Origin: Podarcis tiliguerta
Lineage: Eukaryota
Assembly: GCA_965153285.1 (NCBI GenBank)
Contig: OZ229112.1
DNA length: 64,000 nt
Direction: 5' to 3' (one strand)
Part shown: one piece after another, positions 38,066 to 50,500 of the stretch
Numbering within the stretch: position 1 is the stretch's first letter
Layout: every line of letters starts with the position of its first letter
Program-made: the position numbers and the translations under genes
The notes under the pieces: model-generated
Told to the model about the DNA's origin: nothing
Databases searched by the model: none
What the model saw: only the letters and a program-made list of their open reading frames with translations

Positions 38066-38086
38066 TTTATTATTTATACCCCGCCA
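38037..38086 (-). mobile_element. Ultra-short L2 tail insertion with (AAT)n and candidate 6-bp TSD
   Basis: (aat)n + ttttattatttataccccgcca matches the L2 terminus at 841-865. Flanked by TCCTTA at 38031-36 and 38087-92. Confidence 0.65.
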
Positions 38087-40234
38087 TCCTTAGTTCCCTG
38101 CAGAACTCAGCAGGGAGGAGGATATGGACAAAACTAAAATTAGTTGGCTCCAAGGCCAGCCCACTCATGAGGCAAAGTAAGACAACTGGGTGTCAGGATC
38201 CACAGGGGCAGCAAATCCAGCCTGCAATGAATGCACTGCCTGAGATTGCTGCAGTAGTGGCTGTGGCACACTCCTTGGAAGTCAGATCTGCCTCCTCCTC
38301 TGCAATGTCCACCCAATGCTGCCTCTACAGCTGCCTCTTGGCAAATAGTAGGCTCTGGTGGTATCCTCACACCCTTAGGGAGGAAATAGCAAAGGCTGCC
38401 CTCTGGGGTTTCCTGGGGCCTGCACCCACCTGGTGTGATTGGTTCTGGCGCCACCTAACATTGGCCTCCCTGCCCTACCAGAACCAATGAGCACCAGCCT
38501 CTACTGGTACTTCCCTCTGCTGCCACAAGGGGTAATTTGCTGGAACTGCTTGCTGTGAGGGAGTGGGATACAAACACACACACAATAGAGTTGCTATGGG
38601 CAGATATAGTAGCTCTATTGTGATTGTGTGTGTGCGTGTGTATTTGCAGATAAAGTACAAGTTAAGCAAATTGCTTCCTGATTATTTTTCTTAAGAGAGC
38701 GTGTCTAAAGACACTGGCTGCAAGACATATTGCTATCCTAAATAGATCCATTCAGCTGCAAATAGCTCCATTTCATCATGTCTAAACAAAGCATCCACCA
38801 CCAAGTCTGAAAGTTTCCCCAGAAAGTTCAAGTGCAACCTTCTGTTTTGTACAGAATCTGCCGGTTCTCAGCTTCCTGTGGGCAGAGCTAGTCAATCCCT
38901 CTACAGTATTTGATGGCATGTGATGTAAACAAAAGTCCATTAAGATGACAGCAAGGAAAAATGCATTCATTTCTCTGATTCAGCTTTGAATCCACACAGA
39001 CCAAGAGATAAAAGGCTGTTGTGCAAGCTTCGTGCATCATCTCTTCAATCAAGGAATACTGCACTATCAAATTCTGTGCAAGAGTAACCACTATTCCATG
39101 GATGATGTACACAGAAATTATTAACATCTGTATGGAAATCGATACCAAGCCTTTCATTTACTCATGCGTCCATCAAAGCACAACATGGAATGACAGTGCA
39201 AAAGGGCAACAGACTACATCTAGGTCTCATGAGAATAACTAAGTCATGCAGCCATCATCAGCAAACTGGTGTGGTCTTCCTCAAGACTTATAAATGATGG
39301 ATGTGTGTAGGTCACCTGAACCCTGAATTACGCTGAAGTGCATTCTTGCTGTTGGAAGAGAGATGATATTACGCACATTCCTGTGCTACATCTATTGAGA
39401 TTATGCTTATAAATAACAACAGATGATTTTAAAAACCAGCAATGTTTCATATTTTGACTCAAAAAAAGTCTAGCATTATCTTGATAATCTTCCCTTTGCT
39501 GTAGGCTACAGTTAGCTGCCTCCTTTCTTACAGCTAGCTAAACAGCTTCCAAAAAGAAAACTACAAAGGAAAGGTTACTAATCACGCAATTTGCAAATAT
39601 TTTGCATTTTATATTCAAGATCTGGACCTCCCAATTCAATGGTTCAATTATCTCTTTCAATAAGATATGCTAATGATTTTTTTAAAAAACCCACACAGAG
39701 ACAGAAAAAATGCCATCAGACACAAGCCACCTAGTAGCAGCTGTCTCTGTTCCTTTGATCTTGCAGCAGTTTAAATCTCTGGATTCTTTTTTCTTTTTAA
39801 TCACACCTATTATATTTCAAAATATACCGGTACCCGACAAATAGGTATACAAATGCACAGGGCATCTGTATTTTTTTGAAAGCTGATTCTATCCTTCTGT
39901 CAGAATAAAGGAAGATGGGTGCTTTATTTCAATAAGGAAAATAAGCCAATATTCTTCAGAAGGTAGGTTATTTCTAGTGGGGTAATCAAAGGTAGTTTGA
40001 AAAAGGATAATTGTTATGTAAAAATACCCCACAAAACATTTTATATCAAAAGATATTTCTGCTGACTTCAACTTTAATAAAAGTAGCATACCAAAATATG
40101 GATCAAAACATTCTGAAGATAGCCTTTCAAGATGGCACAAATCCCCTGTCCTAAATTACCCTTGTGTGACGGCAGTTCAGTAGCTCTGTTCCCAAAGATG
40201 CAGTTAGAATTCTGTGTTATGAGGAATATAGTTA

Positions 40235-40655
40235 TTATTAATTAATTAATTAATTTGTACACCACCTTCAGTCAAAAATCTCAGGGTGGTTCACAGCATA
40301 AAATTATAAAATAAAAACACATAATACACAATAAAAATAAGAATGAAAGCAAAACAAACCAATAGCATGCCCCCTCCCCCAATATTTTAAAGGACACAGA
40401 ATGTTAATCAACCAAAGGCCTGGCTGAAGAGAAACATTTTCACACGGCACCTAAAGATGTACAATGAAGGTGACAGGCAAGCCTCCCTGGGGAGAGCATT
40501 CCACAAATGGGGAGCCACTGCAGAAAAGGCCAGCTCTCATGTTGCTATCCTCCAGACATCTCGTGGACAGGGCACACAAAGAAGGGCAACAGATGATAAT
40601 TGCTAGGTCCAGGTTGGCTCATATAGGGAGAGGTGGTCCTTGACGTATTGCAGTT
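40235..40655 (-). mobile_element. Older L2-clade LINE 3' region
   Basis: tctcagggtggttcaca...ccaaaggcctggctgaagag...gcctccctggggagagcattccacaaatggggagccactgcagaaaaggcc. Confidence 0.7.
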
Positions 40656-40733
40656 ATGAGAATTATGGCTGTGGCCAGGCACCCTTCCTTATCATTAGAT
40701 GATTGAATATTTGGGGCATATGCATGACAGATG

Positions 40734-41117
40734 AAGGCCCTCTGTCTGGTTCCCTGTAACCTCACTTCTCGCAATGAGGAAACTGCCAGAAGGCCCTCGG
40801 TGCTGGACCACAGTGTCTGGGCTGAACGATGGGGGTGGAGACGCTCCTTCAGGTATACAGGACCGAGGCCGTTTGGGACTGTAAAGGTCAGCACCAACAC
40901 TTTGAATTGTGCTCGGAAACGTACTGGGAGCCAATGCAGATCTCTCAGGACCGGTGTTATGTGGTCCCGGCGGCCACTCCCAGTCACCAGTCTAGCTGCC
41001 GCATTCTGGATTAATTGCAGTTTCCGGGTCACCTTCAAAGGTAGCCCCACGTAGAGCGCATTGCAGTAGTCCAAGCGGGAGATAACTACAGCATGCACCA
41101 CTCTGGCAAGACAGTCC
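40734..41117 (-). mobile_element. L2 LINE ORF2 fragment (post-RT C-terminal region)
   Basis: HAVVISRLDYCNALYVGLPLKVTRKLQLIQNAAARLVTG...HITPVLRDLHWLPVRFRAQFK is the signature L2 ORF2 C-terminus. Confidence 0.9.
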
Positions 41118-42125
41118 TAATTATTATTAGAAATATTATAGTCTAGGCTTCTCCTTGGCATGTTAGATTTTGTGTGTGCAGGAATCCTTTTACAGTCAGG
41201 GAGCCATCCCATCCCGGGAACCCTTAACAGCAAGCCTGAAGTGCTGCAATCAGAAGCCCAAACACAAAGCTGCTACCTCGTTGAGAAATAGTATTCAGTA
41301 TGCTTCCCTTGAATTCAGATGTACCTCCCCACACCTTGAGCTGAATGTGAATGATCAGAAAGGAGTGTTCTGTCTTTGTGATTGTCAAAGTGATTATTAA
41401 AAAAAGAAGATGAACAGCACCGATTTCGTTTCCAAACGAAAAGGAAATATACAAAAGAATGGGAACCAAGTTAAAAACATTGGCTCAAGATTCCCCTGTC
41501 CCTAGGAGATTATTTAGACAATTTTATGTATTTATTCCAGGTCTAAAACATATTAAGTCATAAATATTTTATCTTTCCTCCCCCCTCTCATTCCTCTTTT
41601 CCATTTCTCTTAGGACTCTAACCAATAAAAAAACAGGAATGCAAACATTGGTGACAGCAAAATTAAAGCTGAAAACAGAACCTTCCTTTTTTTTATTAAG
41701 CCATATAACATGCCATGGCATGTGTCCCTACTCATACAAATCACATATCATGGTTTCTTGCTAGGCAGCAAGCCAATGGCAAATGCTATTAACCACCTAG
41801 GTGTGTGATTATTACATGATAAGGCGTTGTACGCCCTTGAGCCTGCTGTCACACAGTAATTTATTGGCAGAAAGTGAGCAAATGCAAATATATTTCATGT
41901 AGTCAGTAAATATAAACATTATGCCTGCACCTGCTTCTGACTGTATTAGTCAACTAATAATAAAAAATATAATTTGGTATAGCATAGCAGCATTTGATTG
42001 GTGTGGTGTGCTAAGTCTTCTCTAAATTGTGAAACATCATGGTTGGATCCCAGCCCTACTCCTTGTAGTGCAATTGTCAATACTCTTTAATAGGAGGGAC
42101 AGGTTAAACATCATGTTACTACACA

Positions 42126-42710
42126 GTTCTGGGCTGCATCAATAGGAGTATAGTATCTAGATCAAGGGAAGTAATAGTGCCACTGTATTCTGCTCTGGTC
42201 AGACCTCACCTGGAGCACTGTGTCCAGTTCGGGGCACCACAGTTCAAGAAGGACACTGACAAACTGGAACATGTCCAGAGGAGGGCAACAAAAATGGTCA
42301 AAGGCCTGGAAACGATGCCTTATGAGGAACGGCTAAGGGAGCTGGGCATGTTTAGCCTGGAGAAGAGGAGGTTAAGGGGTAATATGATAGCCATGTTCAA
42401 ATATATAAAAGGATGTCACATAGAGGAGGGAGAAAGGTTGTTTTCTGCTGCTCCAGAGAAGCGGACACGGAGCAATGGATCCAAACTACAAGAAAGAAGA
42501 TTCCACCTAAACATTAGGAAGAACTTCCTGACAGTAAGAGCTGTTCGACAGTGGAATTTGCTGCCAAGGAGTGTGGTGGAGTCTCCTTCTTTGGAGGTCT
42601 TTAAGCAGAGGCTTGACAACCATATGTCAGGAGTGCTCTGATGGTGTTTCCTGCTTGGCAGGGGGTTGGACTCAATGGCCCTTGTGGTCTCTTCCAACTC
42701 TATGATTCTA
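42126..42710 (+). mobile_element. Young CR1 LINE, 5'-truncated, with intact ORF2 C-terminus
   Basis: ORF 42177-42641 [17 protein letters not shown]...[18 protein letters not shown]...; ctctatgattctat tail; candidate TSD TACACA at 42120-25 and 42711-16. Confidence 0.94.
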
Positions 42711-44819
42711 TACACAAGATGATGTTTGTAGTGTTGTCTGCAAGTTTAGATGCCTTTGATAAAAGGATTAGGAAAATTCATGGAAGTTATGTCTGTTAAT
42801 GGTCATTAGCTATGGTGGCATAATGAAATCTCTGTGTAAATGGGCAAAATTCCTTGGATTATTAGAAGCAAGATATAAATAAAACAGAAAAATAAGCATC
42901 ACTTTCAGAGCATGCCCTGCTAGTGAGCTTCCAGAATAAAATGCTGGACTAGTAGAACCTCCATTTTCTGCTGAGCCTGGAATATACACACATCCTTTTA
43001 AAGATCAGTGTCAGTTTGATGAACAAGAGATCTACACAGCTCCATTTTTTTGTATTGAGGTAGAACTTTTTGATTCATTAATTAATGTTGCTATCGTCCT
43101 GTTTTATAGATAGGAATTAAGAATAATTGTTGTAAGAGCAGTTAGTCAATCTGGGGTTTTGGGGTCCTCAACAACATACCCTAACAATGATCCCATACAT
43201 CTGTCAGGCCCAGACCTACCATTGGGCCGAGTGAGATGCTTTCAGTACTATTTTCACCTCAGGAAGCAAAATGTCTTGGCCCAGAACTGTAGACATTCCT
43301 GCTTTAATAAACATTTACATTGTGGAACAGAATAAAACTATGCTTAGTTATGGGGTTTAATTGTTTTTGTATGCTGGAGAAACAGAGATAAGAGGTAATT
43401 CCAGTTCTTGAAGGATTACTGGTTAAAGGAGAAAGGAAATAGAAAAAGGGAAGAGGGAAAGAAAGGAATTGTGACAACCAATTGCACTGAAAAATAGTCA
43501 CAGTCTTGTTTGCTAAAATTGCCTGTATGGGGTTAGTCTTTCATTATGACATAGTCATTTCTAGTACACAAGCAGTTCCATAAAAAGGAAGATTAAACAT
43601 GAATGTCAGAGTAAGCTAAGGTGTTACTAAGACATAAAAAACAGACCTGGTTCTGTACATTTCATAGAAATGGCATGTTTAGTGGCTTTGTTCCTAAAAA
43701 GCATAAGGTGTACTGTCACTTTAGTACAGGTCAAAGCTGGGATACACATGAATATCCATTTGAGATATGCAACTCAAACAGATACATTAAATGTAGTCAC
43801 ACATTCAACATACATTTTGACCTTATGGTAAAACAATTCCCAAATGTTCTTCACTCATACATTTTTCCTTTGGTTTGCTCTCATTTTCTAGTACTTAGAC
43901 CTTTTAACAGCTATTGTTGCCATCACCCTTTACATTATTAGAAGACTCTTTCCAGTAAATTTGGGCAGTAACACTTGCCTACCACGTAAGACAACAGTCA
44001 TACCTATACTAAATTTCACATAATCTTTAAATTATTCTCAGTCAGCATGTAACAAACCCCAATATCAGATAATTATGAATCCATTACAGAGCTAATACAG
44101 TCCATAATTTACACAAGATCTATATTGTTCCCAGTATGCCACATTGCTGTACAGATTCCTGTACATTCAGTAAGGCATATTTGCATGTAAGCATCCAGAA
44201 TATTTTAGCCTAAATATCTTTCAGTGAGATAGCAAAATCATCACTGAAAATATTGGTAATATGGGAGCCTCCTGAAAAGAGATGATGAGAGATAAATATG
44301 CATTGTAATTAAAATCTCAATGCTTATACCATATACATAAATATCATTACATCAACCTTCAAAAACAACACACAATTGTACAAGCAGTGTGTTATTGCAA
44401 AATATCTAAACAGCCAGTACACAACAGATGAACAATCATCAGGATGACTGATGCTTATGATGACTAGAACTTTGGAAGCAATTTTGCCTGCCATTATGTA
44501 AATATTGGCCTATGTTTAACATTATCAATGGAATCTTATTATTTATTATATATTCATTTTTACACCATATCTTTTAAAAAAAATCATAGAGAACAGACAT
44601 ATTTTCTGGAAAAGACTCATGTTGAAAATTTAACAACATGATTTGGTAAATGTTCGCTTACCAATTGTCCATGAAAATAATAATGAATTTTTCTCAGATC
44701 TTTTTAGGTGGATTACAAATAGATTGTGGCAATTTCTGAGAGTTACCAGTGATACTTCCCACAGGTCTCCTGAAATGGGAAGAACAGCCAGAAAGTGTAA
44801 ATAATTTACTGGAATCCTG

Positions 44820-45040
44820 GCATTTTGACTGACTATACTAAAGGCTCAATTGTGTAATTTGCACAACTCAGCTCCCATTTTCTTGCTGAGCTCCTACAAG
44901 CTTTGCTGAGTCCTCAGAAGAATGGCCACCAATGAGCTCCTTGGTCTTTCTTCTTGTCTGTCCTTTGAAATTGACTTGTGCGCCCTGGGCAAACCACTGA
45001 AACAGGAGACAAGCTTAGTGGAGTTGTTCATCTGTGAACT
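44820..45040 (+). repeat. Copy 1 of diverged intronic duplication
   Basis: Collinear blocks ggctcaa, acaactcagctc, tgagtcctcag, accaatga, ctgtcctttgaaa and atctgtgaac are shared with 46960-47210. Confidence 0.7.
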
Positions 45041-46039
45041 TTATTTCTGGAAGTCAAATACATGTGTTATAATGCCACATTTACATTATGTGCAATTTCT
45101 CTCCAGAAATACAGAAAGCAATTCATAGCAGGAGGAGAGAGGTTAAGCACAGAGGTTCTCAGTGCTTTTCCTTTTAACTTCAATATACAAGATCCTATTC
45201 AAAAGCAATAACTCACTCTATAATAACTCTCTTTTCTCCAAGCTGGGGTGGTGGTGGTAGAATCAAAGAGTTTTAGAAAGAATCCAAAGGGCTGGGTCAT
45301 TAACCACTTGTGGCACAAAACATAACTCTCTTAGAATTCAGAAAAGAGTGTTGAACAACTGCATATAAATGCCAGTCTTACAGTAAAATATTCTCTCCTG
45401 ATCAAGCTAGGAGTCAGAGATGTATTGTGGGTGTACCCTGAACTGGAAAAGTAACAGAACATTCAAATGGGTGTTATGTACAATGGTCATTTCTCTCCTT
45501 GACCCACCTGCAAGGGCTATGTGGGTGGAGCCCTTTTCAATAAGCAATAAACCTGTCTCTGAATCTATTCAGGGTTTAAAGGAGGCTAAAGTTAGTGCCT
45601 ATCCACATTTTCTCATCTTCATAACAACTGATTTCTTCTTTTTGAAGAGAGTGATGTATGTGTAGCCCCAGCAGCTAAATTCAAGAGAAAAACTGTGTGA
45701 GCAGAATTTGGGGCTAAACAACAGTGGACATCAGAGTTGAGCACGGTGATTTTTAAAATAGGAACAAAATAATCTTACTAATGGTTTCTCTCTACAATTG
45801 GAAATATTACTCCCAGTTCTTAAATAACGGAAACATGTTTATGGGCCCAAATGGCAAAAAAAGCATCAGAAGAAATACAATTTTTGCTTCTTAGCAAATA
45901 CATTGTTACTGGTTTGGTGTTGAACTAACTGGTGATCTCTCGGGTTCTCTTTCAACCCCGTGTGCTTGTGATTGTAAAAATAAAAACTATAAGGTGGTTA
46001 AAAAAACAACCCTGACTGAACAGGTCTAGCTGGGCATAG

Positions 46040-46150
46040 TCTAGACTTTTTGGCCCTTCAGATGTTGATGAACTATAATTTCCATCAGCTCTAGTAAGCA
46101 TGGAAGTTATCATTCTCCAACACCTGGGGGCCAAAGGTTACTACACCAGC
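46040..46150. mobile_element. Palindromic MITE fragment
   Basis: tggcccttcagatgttgatgaactataatttccatcagc...caacacctgggggcca. Confidence 0.55.
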
Positions 46151-46959
46151 CATAGGGAATAACTGGTAGACCCTCATTTAAATGATGACTGGTAAGTATT
46201 CTGGGAGAGGAGAGCCATTTTGGGGAAGGGGGCATACATTTCTTCCTGCACCTTCATTGAGAAACTGATGTGGGAGTACTGAACCTAGGACAGCCATTGG
46301 AGTGTTTAATACTGTACTTCCACCTATGCTCAACCTTTATGCTTCTAAACAAGCACAAATATTACAGAGCACCAGCAAGCCTCCAGTCAAGTCATGCCTT
46401 CCCTTGTTAATTTTAAAGAGCCTCAAAGACTCTTTTCTTCATCATGGCCTTTGGGGACTGAGCACCTGCTCTCCAGAGATAGATGGACTATTTGTGATTC
46501 TTTTTTAAATGGTTCTGTTGTTGGATTATATATATATCACTTTGGGGCAATTTTGCCTAAAAAGTAGTTGCACACCCTATTAAATAAATAGTTAAATTCC
46601 AAAAGAAACCAAGCCCTGGTAACCAGTGAACCACTGAACATCTTATTGTGCAGAGAATTTGGGAATACCTAACAGTATGTATGAAGTTAAAAAGAATGGA
46701 AATTGACGGGCACAGTTCATATGTTACCAGTGTGTCACAGGTATTTTATTTTGTTTGGTTATACCATTTATATGTTCATTTTACATTGAAACGTTTTGAA
46801 CACATATTACTGGTAGATTGATGGATCTTCAGTTCTGTTTCAAATTATGTTTTGGAGTATGATTTTATTCCTATCCCACCAAAAAAGGGATTCCCTGCTT
46901 TGCTTGTTCAACATTTCTTTATGTAAGATTAGCCTATGGCTAAGTACTTTATAATTTGC

Positions 46960-47210
46960 ATTATTTTACTTTTTATTATGCTATGGGCTCAACTGTTCTT
47001 TCTAATTTTTACAACTCAGCTCTGATTTTATCAGTGAAACTTATTGTTTAACAAAAATGATTTCCCCCCCACCAGCTCTGATTGTAGCATGAGTCCTCAG
47101 AGCAGATACCAATGAATCTCTTCATCTGTCATTTTGCCTGTCCTTTGAAACTAACTTGTACCTTTGGCACATCATTGGAAGGATTAGCAGAGTTTCTCTA
47201 TCTGTGAACA
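46960..47210 (+). repeat. Copy 2 of diverged intronic duplication
   Basis: Same blocks as copy 1, at an offset of about 2.15-2.18 kb. Confidence 0.7.
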
Positions 47211-47239
47211 TCACTGCTAAAATAAAATTTTAAAAAGCT

Positions 47240-47505
47240 GGAGGAAGAAGAAGAAGAAGAAGAAGAAGAGTTTGGATTTGATATCCCGCCTTTCACTCTC
47301 TTTAAGGAGTCTCAAAGCGGCTAACATTCTCCTTTCCCTTCCTCCCCCACAACAAACACTCTGTGAGGTGAGTGGGGCTGAGAGACTTCAAAGAAGTGTG
47401 ACTGGCCCAAGGTCACCCAGCAGCTGCATGTGGAGGAGCGGAGATGCGAACCCGGTTCCCCAGATTACGTGACTACCGCTCTTAACCACTACACCACACT
47501 GGCTC
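47240..47505 (-). mobile_element. Full-length Squam3 (Ther1/MIR-derived) tRNA SINE with (TTC)n tail
   Basis: Minus-strand head gagccagtgtggtgtagtggttaagagcgg (A box), ggttcgcatc (B box), CORE cccactcacctcacagagtg, 3' end ccgctttgagactcctt...aaactcttcttcttc. Confidence 0.88.
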
Positions 47506-50500
47506 ATGTTCTATCACTTAATCATCCAGTCCACCAGTAGGTGAATCCTCTATGTTCTACTTGTTTAACCATTTCACAGGCACCTACCAGAAAACAACAA
47601 AAAATCAGGATAAAACGCAAAGAAACAGATTATATTGTACACGTGCCTACATCTCTGTATTGAGGGCAGCTTGTAATAAATTTTATCATAACAGAAGAAA
47701 TCTCAGTTAAACTGAAAACTAATTAGGATCCATATGCTTGTGTCAGAGAAAAGAGTCAGACTGCTAAAATACTGCTGACTGTAGGTCGATCTTTAAAATA
47801 GTGCTGATATTATACTCCACAGACAACAGATGACTAGAGTAATTGTGTTTGCACACCAGGCACTGCAATATTCACAAATAAATGGCATACATGAGTCATT
47901 GTGTATTCATAAGTATCAGAATATACTCACAACCAACAATCAATTCATAGAGGTAGTCTCCTGATAGGGAATTAGAGGTAGAATAACAACAGGCAGAAAA
48001 GACCAGGCCTGTACTATGGCCTGCCACTGTTTCAGTGGCTTGCAAACTGAATTGCTAGGACAAGCATTTAGAAAGCAAAAGCCACATTTCAGACACAGTG
48101 CAGGGTCAGTGCAGCTGCACAGTCTGCAAGGCAGAATGTGGCCTCCAACATAAGCTGGTATCTCCTTAGGAGCAACTTCCTGAACTTGCTGAGTTGGTAG
48201 ATCCTATGTGGAGATTCCCCAGGAATTCAGATTCTCCCTTCACTATAAATCCCATGTCACAGCTCTATACAGAAGCACTATGGCAGGAGTTAGAGGAACC
48301 AAACAGTTTTTAGGAGTGGGGACACTGTCCAGCACATGAGGGAATAAAGGGAAGCATTCATGTCTCCACAAACAGGAGTAAGAGGCACCCGCAAACCTCT
48401 AGCAGGTCAACCATGGAGACATTTTAACAGCTGTCCTTCCTTGCATCTTTCATTCATGGCACAAACATCAGCTACTGTGCGAACAGGGTAGCACAGGCAC
48501 TGGACAATTACAAAAAATAAAACTCCAGGAGGAAAATGAAAGTTTCCTTTTCTCCACCTGATGCCTGACCATGTTTGGAACAAGAATGTTAGAGATTGCT
48601 TCTAAGAGCAATAAAGCCCAGTTGCCATGTCATATTAATGCAACTGGAAGGCAAATTTCCTCAGACTTATGGTAATCACATGATAGCTTTCATGTAGTTA
48701 GGCTATCATAGAGCAGCTGCTATGTTTGGAATTTCTAATGTATCTATAAAGAGTTAGACATCAGGTGATACTCCTGCTATACGGTAGTTATTACTTCAGC
48801 TGGTCAAGTGAATTACTGCTGAGCATACGTTTGTGAGTGTACCTTTCTGACTGATTACATTTAAATAAATTTGCATAGTACCAAAATCAGGAATTCTTAG
48901 AAAGTCAAATTTTCACCCCTTCTTAAATATGTGTATACATATGTAAATAGCAGTTCCTTTCATCATTAAATACAGCCAACAACTCATGGCACACACACAA
49001 AGGCTAGGGTCTAATTTTTTAAAGATTTCTTGCCTTTATATTGAAGGAAGGCTCTGATCCTGGCATTGTCTCCAGAATCGATGAATTCATGTATAAACAT
49101 AAGATATTGTCATCACAAATAAATGTCCTTTCCTGTTATTAATTGTGATCTGATTACCCAAAGGAGCTGGAATCACAATAGCATTCTTTAGGAGGCAAGA
49201 CAGGACATTGACCTCTTCCAAACTCAATCAGTCTTGACATTACTTGGTAATGCTTGTTAAAATTCATTGGCAATAAATGGCTGGTTGTAAGCCACTGGAA
49301 CATTTATTTGGTACCAGCTGTATTCACAGATGAAGCACAGAGCAACTTCACATGCTAACAATGAAACACAAAGAAAGTCCAAGTGACTTGTGTGTCTTTA
49401 TTTGTATATTGATGCTTCCTGTATATTATCCAAAGAGGGTACCCATTCATCTCATTGATGAGATATGTTAGCTCCCACACATAGAGCTACTGATCATATT
49501 CCTCCCCAAAATGAAACTTCAAATGTTACACAGAAAGTGCACAACGGATGTGTGACATGCACACACTTCCTCTGCCAACTCTCCTTCATATTGTCCAAAA
49601 CAATTCATAGTCTCTGCCCAATTTTCATTAGACAGAAATGGCAGGAGAAAAGGGAAAGGTTAATGCTAAACTTCATTCACATCAGTGGGTGTGTTGCTCA
49701 ACAACAGGTGCCATTGGACACCTCTCTTACCATTTTCGCACCTGCATGCTTCTGCCTCCTCCCTCACCCCCCAATGATTCCTCCATGAAAACAGGAAAGA
49801 ACTGTATGCTGGTATACCAACCCAAATTTCATCACTTTACAATTTTCTGGGTTAAGGAGACTGCAAGTAGATTTTTTTCTGGAATCAGATAACATGGAAA
49901 TGAGCACTAAAAATGGGTTTTATTCCATTAGTTTTCTGGAAGTGGCTTTTACACTATGTAAAAGATCAAATATAGCGCTGGGATTAAGTTAGGGAAATGT
50001 AGGGGAAATGGACAAAAGCACTGTGTGAATGCAGCCCATGGAAACTCTCCAGGTGGCCTCATATCTGACAGTGAAAATGCCGCCAATATCTTATAACCTT
50101 AATGACACAGCATATACTGGACATTGTGTCTCACAATACTGTCTAGTGTCTCTGTTCAGGAGAATACAACATTTTTTTTTCTGGGACTCCCCTGCTGTGA
50201 ATCATTACAACTCAGACGTGGAATATCAGGGTTGTTATTTCCTCAAGTGAAATTAACGTCAAATATTGGTGATTGTGTCATGCATATTCATGAACTTTTG
50301 AGAAGGTTTCATAATTAGATCAGTTGGGTGAGATTCCCTTGATCTGAAGTAGCAGGGGGGCCCCATCAAGACGCCAACCATCTTGTAGCGTGACCTTCCC
50401 AATTTCCTGCACTAGAGAACTGATCTTGTTATCCTAATTGCAATTCCAAATGGAGTGGTACCTGAAAATAAATTGACTGCTGTTCAATTTCACAAACCAC

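Noticed and set aside
42177-42641. CR1 and L2 ORFs (also 40619-41101, 56592-57035, 11218-11433) as host genes
   Set aside because: They are truncated retrotransposon ORF2 remnants lacking the RT core and a promoter.
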